Shown: piece by piece, positions 48,591 through 52,949 of the stretch
Position numbering within the stretch: the first letter of the stretch is position 1
How the letters are laid out: each line of letters starts with the position of its first letter
Assembly (NCBI GenBank): GCA_051746725.1
Contig: JBNJFI010000005.1
Coordinates: forward strand, 1-52,949
Direction: 5' to 3'
Length of the DNA stretch: 52,949 nt
DNA from: Fusobacteriota bacterium
GTDB lineage: Bacteria; Fusobacteriota; Fusobacteriia; Fusobacteriales; JBNJFI01
Position numbers and translations under genes: made by a program
The notes under the pieces: model-generated
What the model saw: the letters and a program-made list of their open reading frames with translations, nothing else
What the model was told of the DNA's origin: nothing
Database searches by the model: none

Positions 48591-48602
48591 TTTATTTTTA
48601 GA

Positions 48603-50606
48603 TTATCTTTTTAGATTTATTAACTCTTGTAATAGTTGATCAGCAGTTGTAATTGTTTTAGAATTAGCTTGAAACCCTCTTTGTGCAACAATCATATCAG
48701 TAAATTCTTCAGCCAAATCAACATTAGACATTTCTAAACTACCTGAAGCTATAGAACCAGTTCCAGAAGATCCCGGCTGAAGTACTTGAGGTTCTCCTGA
48801 GTTAGATGTTCTTTTAAACATACTTCCCCCAACTTTTTCTAATCCACTGGGATTTAAAAAGTCTGCTATTGCTATTCTTCCCAATGGTTGTTCATACCCA
48901 TTCGAATATTCACCAATTACATTTCCATCTCCTGAAAATCTAAAATCTTTTAACTCTCCCATTCCATAACCATTTTGATCACTTAACGTTATACCATACT
49001 CTTCAGAAAACTGAGTAACATTATTAAAGTCAGGTTGTAATATTATTTTTGCAGCTCCTTCATCATTGGGTAATGCCCCTCCATCTTTGGCCGGGTCAAA
49101 GCTAAAAGATCCTGTATGACTCAAATTCACTATTGAATCTTCATCTGGTATAGCAGATAATGTTATTTCAGTTATTGCATCTCCATTTCCTGCAACATCA
49201 GGTATTCCATTTCCAGTTGTATCTTCACTCCCTCTGTACTTTATAACACCACTAGAATCTATTCTGTATGGTGAAGTTTCATCTCCATAAACCCTTAGAG
49301 TTGGATCATTTTGATCTGCTAAGACCGCACCAGTTGCATCTAAATATTGCCCATTTTGATCTTGGAGTCCATCTGGAATATAATATGATAATTTTGAACC
49401 AGTATCAGTTCCACCTGGTAAACCTAATTGACTTGCTGACGGATACGAATCTATAGTAAATCCTTCTGCGTCTTCTGTAGACGCAAATCTTGTTAAATCT
49501 GAACTGTCAGTTTCTGCAAACATATAACTTTGCCCTACTTGTCCATAACCATCAAAAGTTAAAAATCCTTTTCCATTCTCCACTTCTAGACCGCCAGGAT
49601 TTGAGCTTTCCCACGTCCATAAATTCTCTTCACTTTTGGTATATTTCATACTAACTACATGTTGCTCTCCTAAAGAGTCATACATTTTATTAGAAGTTAC
49701 TACTACATTTTTAGTATATTCACTTGTTACTGAGTTTCCGGCATTATTCTTTTCTTTAAACGTTATTGAACCATTTGTCGGTACATCTAAAAGTACTGTT
49801 CCTGCTCCTGGACCCGATCCGGCATTTGTTATAGCCTGAGTTGTAACACTTTCTTTTATTGTTCCATCTGAATATAAATCAAAATGTCCTGATCCATTTA
49901 TTTCAGGATCTGTTCCCAAAGCATTATCCGCTGACCAATTCCATCTTTCGTTTATAGAATCGTATGTAAATGATATAGTTACTGGTATTTTATCATCTTC
50001 TGGACCACTTCCATCAGCATCTACCTCTATCCTCAAATCTTCAAGACCACCACGAGAATTTAAGTTTCCAGCATATTCAAGTCTCGTCGTAGCTTTAGCT
50101 GGTAGAGTACTTCCTAACTTTATATTTATTCCACCTATTTCAGCTCCTGGTTCAATGGAAGTTGTTCCATCCGGTTTTTTCGTTGCTTGCCAACCTTGAA
50201 CTTTCATTCCATTTTTAGCTACTAAGTACCCTTTTGAATCTAGTCCAAAATTTCCTGCTCGTGTATAGAAATTATTCGATCCATCACTGGCCATAAACAT
50301 CCCATCACCGTCAATTCTAAGATCTGAATCTTTACCTGTTTCTTGAGTCGAGCCTTTCTTATCAAAGTTTGTATCTATACTTGAAACTCTTGAACCCAAT
50401 CCAACTTGTATTGGGTTTTGTCCACCTAAACCGCCTTCTACTGGAGCTTTTGCTGAAGAAATTTTAGTTGATAACATATCTGAAAAAGTTACACTCGCTT
50501 TTTTGTATCCTATTGTATTAACATTTGATATATTATTTCCTATTACATCCATTTTTAATTGATGACCTGTTAAGCCTGAAACACCTGAATATAATGATGG
50601 CATCAT
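48603..50606 (-). CDS. flgE: Flagellar hook protein FlgE (long form, 667 aa)
   Basis: SLYSGVSGL..HQ.KMDVIGNNISNVNT.GYK, YTRAGNF, YDSLG, LEMSNVDLAEEFTDMIVAQRGFQANSKTITT. Start moved to ATG 50606 (GGAGG SD 9 nt upstream). Confidence 0.97.
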   Translation of the reverse strand: MMPSLYSGVSGLTGHQLKMDVIGNNISNVNTIGYKKASVTFSDMLSTKISSAKAPVEGGLGGQNPIQVGLGSRVSSIDTNFDKKGSTQETGKDSDLRIDGDGMFMASDGSNNFYTRAGNFGLDSKGYLVAKNGMKVQGWQATKKPDGTTSIEPGAEIGGINIKLGSTLPAKATTRLEYAGNLNSRGGLEDLRIEVDADGSGPEDDKIPVTISFTYDSINERWNWSADNALGTDPEINGSGHFDLYSDGTIKESVTTQAITNAGSGPGAGTVLLDVPTNGSITFKEKNNAGNSVTSEYTKNVVVTSNKMYDSLGEQHVVSMKYTKSEENLWTWESSNPGGLEVENGKGFLTFDGYGQVGQSYMFAETDSSDLTRFASTEDAEGFTIDSYPSASQLGLPGGTDTGSKLSYYIPDGLQDQNGQYLDATGAVLADQNDPTLRVYGDETSPYRIDSSGVIKYRGSEDTTGNGIPDVAGNGDAITEITLSAIPDEDSIVNLSHTGSFSFDPAKDGGALPNDEGAAKIILQPDFNNVTQFSEEYGITLSDQNGYGMGELKDFRFSGDGNVIGEYSNGYEQPLGRIAIADFLNPSGLEKVGGSMFKRTSNSGEPQVLQPGSSGTGSIASGSLEMSNVDLAEEFTDMIVAQRGFQANSKTITTADQLLQELINLKR

Positions 50607-50630
50607 ACTTATCATCCTCCTATTATTTTT

Positions 50631-50683
50631 ATCATCTCTATCAGTCGATGATTTTAAGGCTTCCTTTCGGTCCAGCCCTTTAA
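50631..50683 (-). promoter_or_regulatory. Putative structured RNA leader of flgE (two hairpins)
   Basis: Minus strand AGGGCU-GGA-CC-GAAA-GG-A-AGCCUU, then AUCAUC-GACUGAUAGA-GAUGAU, ending 10 nt before the SD; no U tract. Confidence 0.55.
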
Positions 50684-50693
50684 TTTCAAATTA

Positions 50694-51101
50694 TTATTTT
50701 TGACTATTTTCCATTATTATCATACTATCTATATTTGTAAAAACATTTTCCTTCATATCTTTCCCATTCATTACAGTAATAACTGTATCATTTTTTACAC
50801 TTACAACATAAGCTTTTTCATTCAATAAAACAACTGATTCTCTTCCACCTTTTTTGGATAACTTATTTATCCCTTTTTCCAAGGTTTGCATCTCCATATT
50901 ATCTATTTTTAGATCTCTAGAATTTATTCTTTTTTGAGCATGAGATGAAAATTTCAGTTTTTTTTCTTTTTTATCTAAGAGATCTTTAAAGCTTATATTT
51001 TGAGAGCCGCTCTTTTTCTGAGATTTATTATTTTTATTAATAGTATTATTTTTATTAATATTTATCCCAGATATACCATTTTGGTTTATAAAATTTCTCA
51101 T
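50694..51101 (-). CDS. Flagellar operon protein (TIGR02530-like)
   Basis: SF.DLL, LKFSSHAQKR..SR, KGGRESVVL, VVSVKN.TVITVM, ENVFTNIDS; located between flgD and flgE. Confidence 0.9.
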   Translation of the reverse strand: MRNFINQNGISGININKNNTINKNNKSQKKSGSQNISFKDLLDKKEKKLKFSSHAQKRINSRDLKIDNMEMQTLEKGINKLSKKGGRESVVLLNEKAYVVSVKNDTVITVMNGKDMKENVFTNIDSMIIMENSQK

Positions 51102-51122
51102 AAAGACTCCTTTTTTATATTC

Positions 51123-51782
51123 TTATAAGTTTGTTACCTGCATTACCTCCTCCATAGGCACACTTACCATCTCTTCTTCTGGGGTTACCATATTTAACAT
51201 TAACTTATTATCTTTCAAAGAAGCAGACACTACTTCTCCAACTCCTTGCGAAGTTCCAATCATTTTACCGATAAATTGAGCTCCTGTAGCAATACTATTA
51301 GATCCGCTCATCCCAGAATTTCCATCCACATCTCTTATATCATTAAGAGAGATTGGCACTTCTGCCATCTTTAAATTTCCGTCTTCATCTTTTACTTGTG
51401 TTTTCATTTTTAGAAATAACTCTCCATCATCAGAATTTATTCCAGTTATTTCTCCAGTTACTTTTTCATCTTCTATTATTGCCGTTACATTCTTTCCTAT
51501 AAATTGTACCCCAGCACTCATATCAGATGTTTTCTGAGATTCTACAAAATCCATAAAATTACTATTTAAGGATTCCATCTGAGATAATGAATTAAATTGA
51601 GCTAGTTGTGCAATTGAATCCTTATTATCCATGGGATTCAGGGGATCTTGATATTTCATTTCTGCCATTAAAAGTTGCATAAAATCTTCTCTTCCCAACT
51701 GTTGTGAATCATTTTTTATAACTCTTTCATCTTGCGTAGATTGTTGAGTTCGAGATACATCACCTAAAGTTCCTAAATCCAT
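51123..51782 (-). CDS. flgD: Flagellar hook capping protein FlgD
   Basis: LGREDFMQLL.AEMKYQDPLNPMD..DSIAQLAQF.SL.QM..LN. Start moved to ATG 51782 (GGAGGTG SD). Confidence 0.93.
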   Translation of the reverse strand: MDLGTLGDVSRTQQSTQDERVIKNDSQQLGREDFMQLLMAEMKYQDPLNPMDNKDSIAQLAQFNSLSQMESLNSNFMDFVESQKTSDMSAGVQFIGKNVTAIIEDEKVTGEITGINSDDGELFLKMKTQVKDEDGNLKMAEVPISLNDIRDVDGNSGMSGSNSIATGAQFIGKMIGTSQGVGEVVSASLKDNKLMLNMVTPEEEMVSVPMEEVMQVTNL

Positions 51783-51798
51783 TTTTTCCACCTCCATC

Positions 51799-52949
51799 TT
51801 ATGCTAAAATATTTAAACCATTTATACCTGGATCTTCCAAAGCTCTGACACTTGTATTATTTTCGGCATTATTAAAATCATCTTCAGTTATTTTTTGTTT
51901 TTCTATAAATTTCATGATATTTGACTTGGGTTTTTCTCTTTTTTGCTGTTGATTAAAAATACCAACTTTTAATTCTGAAACTTCGACTCCTTTTTTATTT
52001 AATTCATTTTTCAAATTACTCAAATTAGACTCGACTATTTTTTTTATTTTTTCATCTTCAACCATAAACTCAGCTTTTAATTGTCCATCTTTTAATTTTA
52101 TTTCAATTTCCACTTCTCCCAAGCTTGCTGGAGATAACGTAATCTTCATCTTATTAGTATTTTTATTAAAATTCATCTTTATTTTGTCATTGATTTGATC
52201 CATTACTTCATGAGGATCTATTATAGTTTTAACCTTTGAAATAGTTTGGTTTGCTTTAGTACTGCTTTTAGTAGATAAATTATTCAAAAAAGAAGCATCA
52301 TTTTTTATGTTTTCGCTATCTTCTTTAGGTTTTTTACTATTTTCTCCATCTAGATTTCCCTTGAACTTATTACTATTTAATTCTTCCAATATTACATGAG
52401 AATTTAGACTTTTCTTTATATTTCCAGACAGACTTTCCAATACTGTCTTTGCACTTTGAATTTGAGAGGTTTTCATTTCCTTTAGTATATTCTGTTCCTC
52501 TTTTGTTAATTGTTCTTTTATTTCATTAGGTAATTTAAATTCTGCATAATTTTCTTCTAAAATCTTTATTTGTTTTTCTATTAATGACATAGAAGACTTC
52601 AAGTCGTGTTTAGTTATATCATTTTTTTCTTTTTCAAAAGTTCTTTTCTTTAGAGATGATTTAAGATCTTTAAGTTCATCATTATCTGAATTATCCGCTA
52701 ATAAATTTTCAATTCTTTCTAAGATCTTTTCTTTTTTGGATTTTATTTCAGTCTTTTTTGAAGTATTATTTTCTATTTTTTCAATATCAATAGATTTTCT
52801 AAGGGTAACCTTTTCCTTTTCACTTAGATTTAACTTCTGGCTAAGCTCTTTCAAAAGATGGTCTTTCGAATATTTCTCTTCTGGTATATTTTCTAATTCA
52901 TTTAAAATATCGCTTAATCCCTCTTTATTAATATATTCTTTTAATTTCA
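51799..52949 (-). CDS. fliK: Flagellar hook-length control protein FliK (5' partial)
   Basis: C-terminal MKITLSPASLGEVEIEI..LKAEF.VE..K..VESNL..LK.EL..KG; reading frame stays open to the window edge; upstream of flgD. Confidence 0.88.
   Translation of the reverse strand, partial: KLKEYINKEGLSDILNELENIPEEKYSKDHLLKELSQKLNLSEKEKVTLRKSIDIEKIENNTSKKTEIKSKKEKILERIENLLADNSDNDELKDLKSSLKKRTFEKEKNDITKHDLKSSMSLIEKQIKILEENYAEFKLPNEIKEQLTKEEQNILKEMKTSQIQSAKTVLESLSGNIKKSLNSHVILEELNSNKFKGNLDGENSKKPKEDSENIKNDASFLNNLSTKSSTKANQTISKVKTIIDPHEVMDQINDKIKMNFNKNTNKMKITLSPASLGEVEIEIKLKDGQLKAEFMVEDEKIKKIVESNLSNLKNELNKKGVEVSELKVGIFNQQQKREKPKSNIMKFIEKQKITEDDFNNAENNTSVRALEDPGINGLNILA

Noticed and set aside
2883..49839. 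Numerous short plus-strand ORFs (e.g. 2883-3314, 33138-33590, 44115-44534, 44218-44514)
   Set aside because: All are antisense shadows of well-supported minus-strand genes; the poly-Val/Leu ones mirror the fliY CAA tract
50058..50100. Spirochete-type lysinoalanine hook cross-link (AKATT...YAxNL)
   Set aside because: The Lys-containing AKATT is present, but the catalytic Cys position is Gly (YAGNL) and this FlgE has no Cys
51799..52854. fliK as a complete 351-aa gene starting at TTG 52854
   Set aside because: The frame stays open to the window end, so the gene is truncated by the window rather than short

Overview
AT-rich bacterial chromosomal window with 54 supportable protein genes. 53 are on the minus strand; only pheA is on plus. 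The left half (1-26.7 kb) holds housekeeping genes: recG, yebC, 5-formyl-THF cyclo-ligase, accA/accD, pheA, pyrE, uvrC, rapZ, argS, aspS, hisS, rodZ, rarA, secG, gpmI and tpiA. These are interleaved with signalling genes: an RsbU-like PP2C phosphatase, an HD-GYP phosphodiesterase, a single-domain receiver, two RsbW-like kinases and an orphan CheW. A 6S RNA-like rod lies just after aspS. The right half (26.7-52.9 kb) is a Bacillus/Clostridium-style fla-che cluster (fliK partial, flgD, TIGR02530-like gene, flgE, swrD, motAB, fliLMY, cheY, fliOPQR, flhBAFG, cheBAWCD, fliA, fapA) followed by three uncharacterised genes. The housekeeping synteny is reminiscent of Fusobacteriota (from recall, not verified), a phylum usually regarded as non-flagellated. 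The most unusual sequence-level signals are: (1) a three-layer nested repeat between yebC and recG (GC-rich palindrome > 189-bp TIR-bounded MITE-like element > REP-like doublet); (2) a two-hairpin RNA leader before flgE, directly downstream of a gene with an RNase-like 'FSxHAxxR' motif; (3) duplicated domains in both FlgE and FlgD; (4) a Jag_N-FapA fusion; (5) a Na+-type stator signature; (6) a membrane-anchored degenerate-His-kinase/RsbW hybrid. No rRNA, tRNA, CRISPR array or transposase was seen. All calls come from motif recognition by eye; no searches were run. Several start codons were moved from the ORF track to downstream ATG/GTG codons that have a Shine-Dalgarno site.
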